Positions 11,029 to 20,568 of a stretch of DNA of 64,000 bases are shown piece after piece; position 1 is the stretch's first letter, and each line of letters opens with the position of its first letter. Made by a program: the position numbers and the translations under genes. The stretch comes from an uncultured delta proteobacterium (lineage in GTDB: Bacteria; Desulfobacterota; Binatia; JACPRU01): the NCBI GenBank assembly GCA_963745025.1, contig CAVUWD010000006.1:288001-352000 (forward strand). The letters are read 5' to 3'. The notes below the pieces were generated by a model that was given only the letters and a program-made list of their open reading frames with translations, did no database searches and had not been told where the DNA came from.

Positions 11029-11775
11029 TCACTTTCCACCGGAAAGCTCCGACAAGAAGGCGCGGATGCGCTCCGCGTTCACGCCGAGATCGCCCTTACC
11101 GTCGCGCGATTTCGAGCGCATGTCGACGATCGATCCCGCGCCATCGGCGCGGACACGCACGACGAAGTCGTCCTGAAAGCGGAAGAGATCGCTCGTCGCT
11201 ACCCCTTCGAAAAGACGACTGGTGCCGTTCACGTACAGCACCTGCCAATTGGGTTGCTGCTGAGCGAGGCGTACCGCCCGCGCGAACACCGCGTCAGGGG
11301 ATTCGTCGAGGTGCAGGGGCTTCAGATCCGGGTACGCCGCGCGAACGATCTCCTTGAAGGACTCCGGGTAGACCATGTCACGCCCATTGTTCCCGGGCTG
11401 GCTCTGAGCGTTGACGAGGTTCGGCGGCTCGGTGAGATCCGTCGTGATGTCGTTGATCGCGGGTTTGCCGAGACCGCGCGCCGATGCATAGATCAGCAGG
11501 AGCGCAGGGATCCCGCTGAGCACGAGGATCGCGGCCGCGCGGCCGCGCGCTCCGCGCCGGAACGTCACGACCCCGGCGATCGCGTTGCAGAGACCGGTGA
11601 CGCCGCCGAGAACGAAGATCACGAAGCCGGCGAACGGCGGCACGATCCCGAAATGCGCCGCCGCCGGACCGATCACGAACGCGGCGGCGGCGGTCATCGC
11701 GACCCGCAGTGGCCACCGTCCCACAGAGCGGTCCACCGTCGTCAGCCTTCCGTCTTCAACGTCTGGATCGCGCAA
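11029..11775 (-). CDS. DUF1499 domain membrane protein
   Basis: Three N-terminal TM helices, INDITTD, FRFQDDFVVRV, VDMRSKSRDGKGDLGVNAERI. Start uncertain. Confidence 0.85.
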   Translation of the reverse strand: MRDPDVEDGRLTTVDRSVGRWPLRVAMTAAAAFVIGPAAAHFGIVPPFAGFVIFVLGGVTGLCNAIAGVVTFRRGARGRAAAILVLSGIPALLLIYASARGLGKPAINDITTDLTEPPNLVNAQSQPGNNGRDMVYPESFKEIVRAAYPDLKPLHLDESPDAVFARAVRLAQQQPNWQVLYVNGTSRLFEGVATSDLFRFQDDFVVRVRADGAGSIVDMRSKSRDGKGDLGVNAERIRAFLSELSGGK

Positions 11776-11888
11776 ACGCTACCCCCACCCAGGATGTGAC
11801 AGAGACCGATGCAGGCCCCGTCGACCTGGCTCGGTGAAGCATCCGTCGCGGATCGGCCCGCGCGTCCGCGTTTGCGTGCCCTGCGTGC

Positions 11889-12533
11889 TCACTGCCTCCC
11901 GCTCATCATCGCTGCCAGGGCTTGGCCTTGCTCCTCGAGCGCACGCTTGACCGACGGTCGCTGCTGGACGCGCTCGAACCAGGCCTTGAGCTTCGGCCGC
12001 TTGAGAAAAGGATCGCCCGCGCCGAATGCGGGAGCGATCTTGCCGACGTACCAAATGGACGGCGCCAGCGCACAATCGGCGAGCGTGAAGGACTGTCCCG
12101 CGGCCCATGGGGAGCCGATGCGGCTCTCGAGGTAGTCGAGCTGCTTGTCGAGCTCGGCGAGGCTCTGCTTCACGACTTCGGCGTTGCGCGTCTTCGGGTC
12201 CATCTGGAAGAACAGCGCGCGCATCGGCGGGTCGAGATAGAGATCGTGATGACGCGTGAACCCGCGCACACGGGCGCGTGCCTCCGGCTCCTTCGGGAGC
12301 AGCGGCGGGCTCGGGAACTTGTCCTCCAGGTATTCGTTGATGACCTCGGACTCCGAGATCACCATACCGTCGACCTGCAGTGCGGGGATCTTACCGAGCG
12401 GATTGATCGCCAGGTACTCGGGCGATTTGATGTCTCCGGGTGGCGGAACGACCTCGAGCTTCAAGCCCTTCTCGTAGGCGACGATCACCGACTTGTTGCC
12501 GAAGTTGCTGAGCGGTACCGTATAGAGCTTCAT
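11889..12533 (-). CDS. Glutathione S-transferase family protein
   Basis: INPLGKIPAL, ISESEVINEYL, FTLADC. Confidence 0.93.
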   Translation of the reverse strand: MKLYTVPLSNFGNKSVIVAYEKGLKLEVVPPPGDIKSPEYLAINPLGKIPALQVDGMVISESEVINEYLEDKFPSPPLLPKEPEARARVRGFTRHHDLYLDPPMRALFFQMDPKTRNAEVVKQSLAELDKQLDYLESRIGSPWAAGQSFTLADCALAPSIWYVGKIAPAFGAGDPFLKRPKLKAWFERVQQRPSVKRALEEQGQALAAMMSGRQ

Positions 12534-12622
12534 GCTGTCCTCCTCTCACCGCATTTGACTTTCCTCTGGACCGAACGTTTATATTGGCTTCGTCTCGGAC
12601 AACCAAGGGGGTTCACCGAAAA

Positions 12623-13354
12623 ATGAGAACACATTGGCTTCCCGTCGTGCTGTCAGTCACGAGCCTGGGCGTGCTGACACCCGCCCACGCCTCCGACCTC
12701 TCGGAGATCAAGGATACGCAGAAAACGATCCTCGAGCGGCTCGACGCGCAGGACAAGGTGCTGAAAGACATCCAGACCAAGCTCCAGCAGATGCCGACCG
12801 GCGGGCGACCACAGATCGATCCCAACAAGATTTATCAGATCGCACTCGGCAGCTCGGCGATCCGTGGACCAAAGAACGCTCCCGTCACGCTGGTCGAATT
12901 CAGCGACTTCCAATGACCCTTCTGCGCTCAGTCCACCGGTCTGGTGGACCAGGTCCTCGCGGCCTACCCGAAGGAGCTTCGCTTCGTCTACAAGCAGTTC
13001 CCGCTCGAGCAGATTCATCAGAACGCCATGAACGCGGCCAAGGCCTCGGTGGCTGCCGGCAACCAGGGCAAGTTCTGGGAGATGCACGACGAACTCTTCA
13101 AGATCTCGCGGGATCTATCGATGGGCGAGATCCGCAAGAAGGCCGAGGCGATCGGCCTCGACATAAAGAAGTTCGATGCCGACATGGCCTCCCCCGAAAC
13201 CGAGAAGGCCGTGCGCGCCGACCTGGAGGTCGGCCGCACCGTCGATGTGACAGGCACGCCGACGATGTTCATCAACGGCAAGCGGGTGATGAACCGCTCG
13301 CTCGAGGGAATGAAGGCGATGGTCGACGAGGAGTTGAAAAAGAACAAGGGTTAG
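12623..13354 (+). CDS. Exported DsbA/thioredoxin-fold selenoprotein (UPFC active site)
   Basis: Signal peptide, then GPKNAPVTLVEFSDFQ-TGA(12914-12916)-PFC in frame with ...GKFWEMHD...VTGTPTMFINGK. The ORF track splits it into two. Confidence 0.9.
12917..12955 (+). promoter_or_regulatory. Bacterial SECIS-like hairpin
   Basis: GTCCACC (12931-12937), loop GGTCT, GGTGGAC (12943-12949). Loop begins with G after a 21-nt spacer from the UGA. Confidence 0.8.
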
Positions 13355-13383
13355 GCGCAGGTCCGCTTCGTCCGCAGCCACCC

Positions 13384-13417
13384 GAGAGCCCGTGCGATAG
13401 CTCGCGCGGGCTCTTTT
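13384..13417 (+). terminator. Rho-independent terminator of the dsbA gene
   Basis: GAGCCCGTGCGA-TAGC-TCGCGCGGGCTC followed by TTTT. Confidence 0.75.
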
Positions 13418-13518
13418 CATTCGCAGCACGCCTCGGCGCGCGCCAGAGGCAAAGGGAGATTCAAACGCCAGGAAGAACCGCTGGCTTCCCGCCGGCGCGC
13501 CGATTTCGAGGCCAGCCG

Positions 13519-13604
13519 CATCAACGGCAAGCGGGAGAATGAACCGCTCGCTCGAAGGAATGAAGGCGATGGTGGACGAGGAGCTGAAGAAGGGCAAACG
13601 ATAG
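13519..13604 (+). pseudogene. Diverged duplicate of the 3' end of the dsbA gene
   Basis: CATCAACGGCAAGCGGG...GAACCGCTCGCTCGA.GGAATGAAGGCGATGGT.GACGAGGAG closely matches 13270-13354. Confidence 0.85.
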
Positions 13605-13677
13605 GCTACGGACTACAGGCTACGGGAATGGCATCGCGATGCCTTTTCCCGTAGCCCGAAGCCTGAAACCCGCAGGC
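13604..13677. repeat. Heptamer-armed palindromic repeat
   Basis: GGCTACGGACTACAGGCTACGGGAA...TTCCCGTAGCCCGAAGCCTG. Confidence 0.75.
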
Positions 13678-13680
13678 TCT

Positions 13681-15015
13681 TCAAATTTGATCCGTGACCG
13701 CGTCCTCACGCGACGAAGGCTCGGCACGTTTGTCGATCGGCAGCCACTGCCTCTCGTTCTCACCGATGTAGATCTGCCGTGGCCGAGCGATCTTCTGCTC
13801 GGGATCGCGCACCATCTCCGCCCACTGCGCGAGCCATCCCGAGGTGCGCGGAATCGCGAACAGTACCGGGAACATCGTCATCGGGAAGCCCATCGCTTGA
13901 TAGATGATGCCCGAATAGAAATCGACGTTCGGATAGAGCTTCCGCTTCACGAAGTAGTCGTCCTCGAGCGCGATCCGCTCGAGCTCGACGGCGATGTCGA
14001 TCAACGGATTCTTCCCCGTCGCCTCGAATACCTGGTCGGCGATCTGCTTGATGATCTTCGCGCGCGGGTCGTAGTTCTTGTAGACGCGGTGACCGAAGCC
14101 CATCAGCCGCCCCTCGCCCGCCTTGAACTTCTTGATGGCGTTCGGGACGTTGGCGACCGACCCGATTTCCATCAGCATGCGAATCACCGCCTCGTTGGCG
14201 CCGCCGTGAAGCGGGCCGTAGAGCGCGGCCGTGGCCGCCGCGACCGCGGAATACGCGTCGACCTGTGAGCTGCCGACGCTGCGCACGGCGTTGGTCGAGC
14301 AGTTCTGCTCGTGGTCGGCGTGGAGGATGAAGAGCACGTCGAGCGCCCGCTCCAGCACGGGGTTCGGCTTGTACTTGATCTCGGTCATCTTGAAGAGCAT
14401 CGCCAGGAAGTTGGCGGTGTAGGAGAGCTCGTTGTCGGGATAGACATACGGCAGACCGAGGCTCTGTCGATAGGCGTACGCGGCGATCGTCGGCACCTTG
14501 CCGATCAGCCGGCGGGTCTGCACGCGCCGTGACTCGAGGTCGAAGATGTTCTTCGCATCGGGGTAGAAGGTCGAGAGTGCTCCGATCGTGCTGACGAGCA
14601 TCCCCATCGGGTGCGCGTCGTAGCGGAATCCATCCATGAACTTCTTGATGTTCTCGTGGACCATCGTGTGGATCGTAATGTTGTGATCCCACATCTCGAG
14701 ATGCTCGCGATTGGGAAGCTCCCCCTTGACGATGAGGTAAGCGGTCTCGAGGTAGGTGCTCTTCTCGGCGAGCTGCTCGATCGGATACCCGCGGTAGCGC
14801 AGAATCCCCTTGTCGCCGTCGATGAACGTGATGCGGCTCTTGCAGGATGCGGTGTTGGTGAAGGCTGGGTCGTACGTCATGAGACCGAAGTCGTCGGGAT
14901 CGGTCTGGATCTGGCGAAGGTCCATCGCCCGAATGGTTCCCTGCTCGATCGGGATCTCGTATTGCTTGCCCGTCCGATTATCGATGATCGTCAGCGTGTC
15001 CTTCGGCATATCCAC
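13681..15015 (-). CDS. gltA: Citrate synthase
   Basis: GILRYRGYPIEQL, LHADHEQNCST, GPLHGGANE, LMGFGHRVY, YPNVDFYSG. Confidence 0.97.
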   Translation of the reverse strand: MDMPKDTLTIIDNRTGKQYEIPIEQGTIRAMDLRQIQTDPDDFGLMTYDPAFTNTASCKSRITFIDGDKGILRYRGYPIEQLAEKSTYLETAYLIVKGELPNREHLEMWDHNITIHTMVHENIKKFMDGFRYDAHPMGMLVSTIGALSTFYPDAKNIFDLESRRVQTRRLIGKVPTIAAYAYRQSLGLPYVYPDNELSYTANFLAMLFKMTEIKYKPNPVLERALDVLFILHADHEQNCSTNAVRSVGSSQVDAYSAVAAATAALYGPLHGGANEAVIRMLMEIGSVANVPNAIKKFKAGEGRLMGFGHRVYKNYDPRAKIIKQIADQVFEATGKNPLIDIAVELERIALEDDYFVKRKLYPNVDFYSGIIYQAMGFPMTMFPVLFAIPRTSGWLAQWAEMVRDPEQKIARPRQIYIGENERQWLPIDKRAEPSSREDAVTDQI

Positions 15016-15298
15016 CTCGCATGGCGCGGCGAGCGCGGCTCGCCTGTTTCTACCCTTCTAGCAGGCGTCGCTTCGAGCACAAGCGCAGGTAAGTGACGGC
15101 CACCGCGATCCTATCCGCATCTCCGGTGGCCGTCATCTGGAGGGAGGGAGCTCGAACCTTCTCTATATGGGGAAGGCACCGCGAGGTCCGAACAAATGGC
15201 CTTTACGCCACTCCTCACGTCGAGACAATCGTTCTTAAGTCTCGGGGCAGCCGATCTTTTGGAAAGCCGAGCACAGCAACGGCCCAGTACGCTGCCCG

Positions 15299-16132
15299 CT
15301 AGCGGCCTTTCACCAGCCGGCGATAGGCCCGCAAGTGCCGCACCGCCACGACGCCTCGCCCCTGCCGTTCGTAGAGGCGGGCAAGGTTGTAGTGAGCATC
15401 GGCATAGCTGCCGTCGATGGCGAGCACGCGCTGGTAGGCGGCGATCGCGTCCTCGATGCGCTCTCGATCCTCCAGCACCACGGCGAGGTTGAACGAGGCC
15501 GTCACGTCGTTCGGCTCGGCGACGAGCGCCTGACGATAGTGGGCTTCCGCGGCTCCGATCTCTCCGGCCTCGTGCAGCAGCCTCCCCAAGTTGGTGTGGG
15601 CCGCGCCGTGAGTCGGATCGAGCTCGATCGCCCGCCGGTACGCATCCCGCGCGTCTTCGGGACGGCTCGTCTCGAGCTCGCAACCAAGCTCGTACCAATC
15701 CTCCGCGCGCAAGCGGGCGGTGGCGACTCGAGCCTCGGCGACGCGGCGCTCGGCGAGCGGCGCGACTTTGTCGGCGAGCTCTGCCACATCGAACGAAAAG
15801 AGCTGCTGGCCGGATTCCGGATTCCAGCGCCGCCGGCCGTCGCGCACGACGACCCGACCGCCCTCCGCGGAAATCGACAAGGCGCTCAGCGGTCGGCCGA
15901 TCGGCAGCTCGGCTCGAAGCTTCCGCAACGCGGCGCGCACCCGCTGCGGCGCGATCGCCTGGCCGACGAGCTCCTTCGCGGCGCGGAGCAGCACGAGGTC
16001 CGGAAAGGAGAAGCGGAGCTCCCCTCGCCGCCCCCGCTCCGGGGCCAGAAACCCGCTACGAACGAATCCCCGAACACGGCCGACGGAAAGGCCGAGAAGC
16101 TTCGCCACCTCGCGAGAGGTGTACCCGCTCAT
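15299..16132 (-). CDS. MerR-like HTH plus TPR-repeat protein
   Basis: N-terminal YTSREVAKLLGLS...FSFPDLVLLR; C-terminal TPRs (AHTNLGRLL, ASFNLAVVL, AHYNLARLY); ATGA overlap with the ku stop. Confidence 0.85.
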   Translation of the reverse strand: MSGYTSREVAKLLGLSVGRVRGFVRSGFLAPERGRRGELRFSFPDLVLLRAAKELVGQAIAPQRVRAALRKLRAELPIGRPLSALSISAEGGRVVVRDGRRRWNPESGQQLFSFDVAELADKVAPLAERRVAEARVATARLRAEDWYELGCELETSRPEDARDAYRRAIELDPTHGAAHTNLGRLLHEAGEIGAAEAHYRQALVAEPNDVTASFNLAVVLEDRERIEDAIAAYQRVLAIDGSYADAHYNLARLYERQGRGVVAVRHLRAYRRLVKGR

Positions 16133-17025
16133 GCTCCCGAGGTCTTGGAGCTCTTTTCCCGCGCCGCCTTGCGGAGCGACGCGGCTCGCGGAGCACGCCG
16201 CGCCGGCTTCCGCTCTTCGGATGGAGCCTCGACCGGCGAAGGCGCTGCGCGCTTGGCGCCGAGGCTCGCCTTCAACGCCTCCATGAGGTCGATGATCTGC
16301 GCTCCTCGGCGGGCCTCGGGCGGCGGAGCGGAGATCTCCTCGCCTTCGATCTTCTTCTGGATGAGTTCGCGGACGCGCTTGCGGACGTCGTCCTCGTACG
16401 CCTCGGGCCGAAACGCGTCGGTCGAGATCTGTTCGACGAGCTGCACCGCCAGCTTCAGCTCGGCATCCCGGACTTCGGCTTCGCCGATCGGCACCTCGCT
16501 GCGCGAACGGATCTCGTCGGCGTAGTGCAGCTGCTGCATGACCAGCGCGCCGTCGAGCGGGCGAATCATCACCAGGTACTGCTTGCCGCGCGCCGCGTAG
16601 CGGCCGAGCGCCGCTCGGCCCGTCTGCTGCATCGCCCTGCCGAGCAGCCGGTACGCCTTGTCGCCGCCCTTGTCGGGACCGAGGTAGTACGGCCTTTCGA
16701 AGTAGATCGGATCCACCTTCTCGAGCGGCACGAATTCGGTGATCTCGATCGTCTGCGTCGATTCCTCCTCGAGCGCTTTCAGCTCCTCGGGAGTGAAGGT
16801 CACGTAGCGGTCCTTGGCGAACTCGTATCCCTTGACCATGTCGTCACGGGAGACGGCCTCGTTCTCCCGCGCACAGTAGTACTGCTGCTTCAAGCGCGAG
16901 CCGCACTTCTTGTGCAGCCAGTTGAAGGTGATTCCCGACGCCGATTCGGTCGCCGAATAGAGCTTGATCGGGATCGAGACCATCCCGAAGGAGACCGTCG
17001 CGGACCCGATGGAGCGCGCAGCCAT
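16129..17025 (-). CDS. ku: Ku protein (NHEJ)
   Basis: MAARSIGSATVSFGMVSIPIKLYSA, VKGYEF, IYFERPYYL, IIDLMEALKASL and a basic tail. Confidence 0.96.
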   Translation of the reverse strand: MAARSIGSATVSFGMVSIPIKLYSATESASGITFNWLHKKCGSRLKQQYYCARENEAVSRDDMVKGYEFAKDRYVTFTPEELKALEEESTQTIEITEFVPLEKVDPIYFERPYYLGPDKGGDKAYRLLGRAMQQTGRAALGRYAARGKQYLVMIRPLDGALVMQQLHYADEIRSRSEVPIGEAEVRDAELKLAVQLVEQISTDAFRPEAYEDDVRKRVRELIQKKIEGEEISAPPPEARRGAQIIDLMEALKASLGAKRAAPSPVEAPSEERKPARRAPRAASLRKAAREKSSKTSGA

Positions 17026-17052
17026 GAATGTTTCTGTTAGCATAGCCCGCCG
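17026..17052. promoter_or_regulatory. Candidate bidirectional promoter for ku and ligD
   Basis: 27-bp gap holding overlapping -10-like hexamers: TGnTAGCAT on + (17035-17043) and TATGCT on - (17044-17039). Confidence 0.5.
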
Positions 17053-19575
17053 ATGGCCGCCAACCCCGAGCGGGACCGGCTCGCCGAGTACCGAGGCAAG
17101 CGCGATCCGGAACGCACCCCCGAGCCCTTCGGCCATTCGCAGGGGCGGATCGAGGCGCCATCGGGCGCGCTGCGGTTCGTCGTGCAGAAGCACGCCGCGC
17201 GGCGTCTGCACTACGACTTGCGGCTCGAGCTCGGCGCCGTGCTCAAGTCGTGGGCGGTGCCGAAGGGCCCGTCGCTCGATCCCGCCGAGACGCGCGTCGC
17301 CGTCGCCGTCGAAGATCATCCGCTCGAGTACGCGAACTTCGAGGGCGTGATCCCCGCGGGCAACTACGGTGCGGGAGAGGTCATCGTCTGGGACCGCGGA
17401 ACCTGGGTTCCCCTCGAGGACCCCGAGAGCGGTCTTGCCAAGGGGAAGCTCCTCTTCGAGCTCAAGGGCTACAAGCTGCGCGGCGTCTGGACGCTCGCCC
17501 GGCTCAAGCGCTCGGTGAAGGATTGGTTGTTGATCAAGAAGGCGGACGCCTGGGCGTCGCCCGCGATGCCGCCGGCCGAAGATTCGGTGCTCTCGGGCTT
17601 GACTCTCGAAGAGCTCCGGGCGGGCAATACCCGCGGAACGGAGATCGTCGCCCGCCTCGAACGGGTCGGCGTGCCGAAGCATCCGGTGCGTGCCAGTGGA
17701 GTGAGGGTGATGCTCGCGGAGACCCGCGAGCGGCCGTTTTCCAGCAAGCAGTGGCTTTTCGAGCTCAAGTACGACGGATACCGCCTGCTGCTCGGGCGCG
17801 AGAGCGGCGAAGCCCGCCTTCTCTACCGCCGCGGCAACGAGGTGAGCGCCACCTTTCCGGAGATCGCGCAAGCCGTCCGCTCGTTGCCCTTCGAGGAGCT
17901 GGTGATGGACGGCGAAGTCGTGGTGCTCGACGAGACCGGGCGGCCGAGCTTCCAGCGCCTGCAGAAGCGCGCTCAGCTGACGCGGCCGCTCGACGTCGCG
18001 CGCGGCGCCCTCGAGCAGCCGGCGACCGCCTACGTCTTCGATCTCCTCGCCTTCGAAGGCTACGATCTGCGACGGCTGCCGCTCGTCGAGCGGAAGCAAA
18101 TCCTCCGCGAGGTCCTCCCCCGCGCCGGTCCGCTCCGCTTCACCGATCACGTGGAGGAGCGCGGCGAGGATCTCTTCGCAGAGATCGGCCGGCTCGGTCT
18201 CGAAGGCATGGTGGCGAAGCGCGCGTCCTCCCTCTACCGCGAAGGGCGCTCCGCGGATTGGCTCAAATTCCGCCACGAGACGACCGGCGATTTCGCAATC
18301 ATCGGCTTCACCGAGCCGAAAGGCTCGCGGTCGGGAATCGGGGCGCTCCACCTCGCCGTGCGCGCGAATGGCGGGCTTCGCTACGCCGGCCGCGTCGGTA
18401 GCGGATTCGACGAGCGCTTGCTTGGCGAGCTGCGGCAGCGACTCGAGGCACGCCGGCTCGCCACCCCCCGCTGCTCGGGCCCGCTCCCGACGGGCAAGGG
18501 CGATCGCTGGGTCGCGCCCGAGCTCGTCTGCGAGGTTCGTTTCAAGGAGTGGACGGGTGACGGCCTCCTTCGTCAGCCGGTCTTTCTGCGGTTACGCGAA
18601 GACAAGAGCGTCGACGACTGCGTCGCCGAGGGCTTCCCGGGTGCGCTTCCCGAGCCGTCCGCCCGAGCAGGCGCGTCTCTGGAGCGCGTCATTCGCTTCA
18701 CCAACCTCGACAAGGTCTTCTGGCCGGAGGAAGGCTACACCAAAGGAGATCTCATCGAGTTCTACCGGAGGGTGTCGCCGTGGCTCCTTGCCTATTTGCG
18801 AGATCGTCCGCTCGTGCTCACGCGCTTTCCCGACGGGATCGCAGGCAAGTCCTTCTATCAGAAGGACGCGCCGGGCTTCGCTCCCGAATGGATCCGCACG
18901 GAGCGAGTGTGGAGCGAGCACGCGGGACGCGAGATCGACTACTTCGTGTGCGACGACGTCGATTCGCTTCTCTATCTCGTGAACCTCGGCACGATCCCGC
19001 TTCATCTCTGGTCGAGCCGGGTCGGCAGCCTGGAGCGGCCCGACTGGTGCATCCTCGATCTCGATCCCAAGGGGGCGCCGTTCCGCGACGTCGTGGCGCT
19101 CGCGCTGGCCATTCGTCGGCTCTGCGACTCGATCGAGCTGCCCGCGTTCGTCAAGACGAGCGGAGCGACGGGCCTCCACGTTCTCGTTCCGCTCGGCGCC
19201 CAGCATACCTACGAGGAGTCGCGCTCGCTCGGTGAGCTGCTCGCGCGCGTCGTCAACCGCGAGCACCCCGACATCTCGACGATCCTCCGCAAGGTCAGCG
19301 ACCGGGCGGGCCGCGTGTATCTCGACTACCTGCAAAACCGCCACGGCCAGACGATCGCCGGACCCTTCAGCGTCCGTCCACTGCCGGGCGCGCCGGTATC
19401 GACGCCGCTTCGTTGGACCGAGGTCGGCGCGCGCCTCGATCCACGCCGCTTCACGATCACGACGCTGCCCGCGCGACTCGACCGCCGTCCCGAGGACCCG
19501 CTACGCGAGGTCCTGACGCAGAAGCCCGACCTCGCACGTGCGCTCGAACGGCTCGCCGGGAGGCTGGCCCGCTGA
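17053..19575 (+). CDS. ligD: DNA ligase D (phosphoesterase-ligase-polymerase)
   Basis: FVVQKHAARRLHYDLRLE, ELKYDGYR, EGMVAKR, TNLDKVFWP, LDLDP, KTSGATGLH. Confidence 0.97.
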   Translation: MAANPERDRLAEYRGKRDPERTPEPFGHSQGRIEAPSGALRFVVQKHAARRLHYDLRLELGAVLKSWAVPKGPSLDPAETRVAVAVEDHPLEYANFEGVIPAGNYGAGEVIVWDRGTWVPLEDPESGLAKGKLLFELKGYKLRGVWTLARLKRSVKDWLLIKKADAWASPAMPPAEDSVLSGLTLEELRAGNTRGTEIVARLERVGVPKHPVRASGVRVMLAETRERPFSSKQWLFELKYDGYRLLLGRESGEARLLYRRGNEVSATFPEIAQAVRSLPFEELVMDGEVVVLDETGRPSFQRLQKRAQLTRPLDVARGALEQPATAYVFDLLAFEGYDLRRLPLVERKQILREVLPRAGPLRFTDHVEERGEDLFAEIGRLGLEGMVAKRASSLYREGRSADWLKFRHETTGDFAIIGFTEPKGSRSGIGALHLAVRANGGLRYAGRVGSGFDERLLGELRQRLEARRLATPRCSGPLPTGKGDRWVAPELVCEVRFKEWTGDGLLRQPVFLRLREDKSVDDCVAEGFPGALPEPSARAGASLERVIRFTNLDKVFWPEEGYTKGDLIEFYRRVSPWLLAYLRDRPLVLTRFPDGIAGKSFYQKDAPGFAPEWIRTERVWSEHAGREIDYFVCDDVDSLLYLVNLGTIPLHLWSSRVGSLERPDWCILDLDPKGAPFRDVVALALAIRRLCDSIELPAFVKTSGATGLHVLVPLGAQHTYEESRSLGELLARVVNREHPDISTILRKVSDRAGRVYLDYLQNRHGQTIAGPFSVRPLPGAPVSTPLRWTEVGARLDPRRFTITTLPARLDRRPEDPLREVLTQKPDLARALERLAGRLAR

Positions 19576-19681
19576 CGCACGGCTCGTATCGTTGCTTCGA
19601 ACGAGCCCCGGCGAATGGGCTCGACGCGGAACACGATGCGAATCGTGAAACGCCCGACCGCGACATCGCTCGCGAAGTGAC

Positions 19682-20383
19682 TCACGGCCACGTGCCAAGC
19701 AGCGGATCGTCGTCCTCGGCGACGATCCGTTCGAGCCGCCGAACGGCTTCGGCCTTGAGCTGGCGCTTTACGACAGCATACGCCGGTGCCGCAGCGAGAG
19801 AGGCTGCACGCGCCACCGCCGCGTCTCGCAGCCGACCCGGCTCGACGAGCTCGTCGAGGAATCCTGCCGCGGAGGACGCCGTCGGCTCGAACACCTGGCC
19901 GCTCAAGACCAGGCTTCGCGCAGCAGAGTGATCGAGCTCGGCGAGCACCACCGTCATCGGTCCCGCGGGGTACGGGATTCCCGCCGTGACCTCCGTGAGG
20001 CCGAGTTGATAGCGGCCGGCGGCAGCGAGCCGGAAATCACAGGCGAGGGCGAGGACGAGGCCGCCACCGAGCGCATGGCCGCCGATGGCCGCGACGGTCG
20101 GTTTCTCGAAGCGATAGAGCGCGAGGATCGTCCGGTTGATGGCACGGACCATTTCTCGGCGCGTGGCCGCGTCATAGTGGGGAACGGTCTTGACGTCGAT
20201 CCCCGCGGAGAAGATCTCATCCCCACCGGTGAGCACCACGCCGCGGCAACTTCGGGCACCCGCCGCTTCGAGCAACGCATCGCCGATCGCCCGTACGAGC
20301 GTGAGGTCGATCGCGTTGACGGGCGGGCGGACGAGGGCGAGCACGCGGATGCCGTCCCGATCGGAGGATTCGACGAGTGGCAT
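19682..20383 (-). CDS. Enoyl-CoA hydratase/isomerase family protein
   Basis: FSAGID, AIGGHALGGGLVLALACDFR, GLTE. Confidence 0.92.
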   Translation of the reverse strand: MPLVESSDRDGIRVLALVRPPVNAIDLTLVRAIGDALLEAAGARSCRGVVLTGGDEIFSAGIDVKTVPHYDAATRREMVRAINRTILALYRFEKPTVAAIGGHALGGGLVLALACDFRLAAAGRYQLGLTEVTAGIPYPAGPMTVVLAELDHSAARSLVLSGQVFEPTASSAAGFLDELVEPGRLRDAAVARAASLAAAPAYAVVKRQLKAEAVRRLERIVAEDDDPLLGTWP

Positions 20384-20448
20384 GAGAGCCCCCTTTTCCT
20401 AAGGTTCGGGTGCGAAGGCCGACACGTGACCGCACGCCGCGGTGCGGC

Positions 20449-20544
20449 GAGCTTCTGCAACTCGCGCATCCGCTCGTCGTTGCCGGGGATCGGGCGAACC
20501 CGCAACGTCTCGAGATCGCCATAGCCGCCGCCGAGCGCGTATCG
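20449..20544 (-). pseudogene. Remnant resembling the C-terminus of the adjacent peroxiredoxin
   Basis: RYALGGGYGDLETLRVRPIPGNDERMRELQKL resembles RYSLAGSYMEGSKSRSLPSNEEILREVAK. Confidence 0.5.
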
Positions 20545-20568
20545 CGAGTTGCCCGACGACGATGCCGC

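Noticed and set aside
17026-18351. 740-aa ORF suggesting a long N-terminal extension of Ku
   Set aside because: The extension is the antisense shadow of ligD; Ku similarity begins at ATG 17025.
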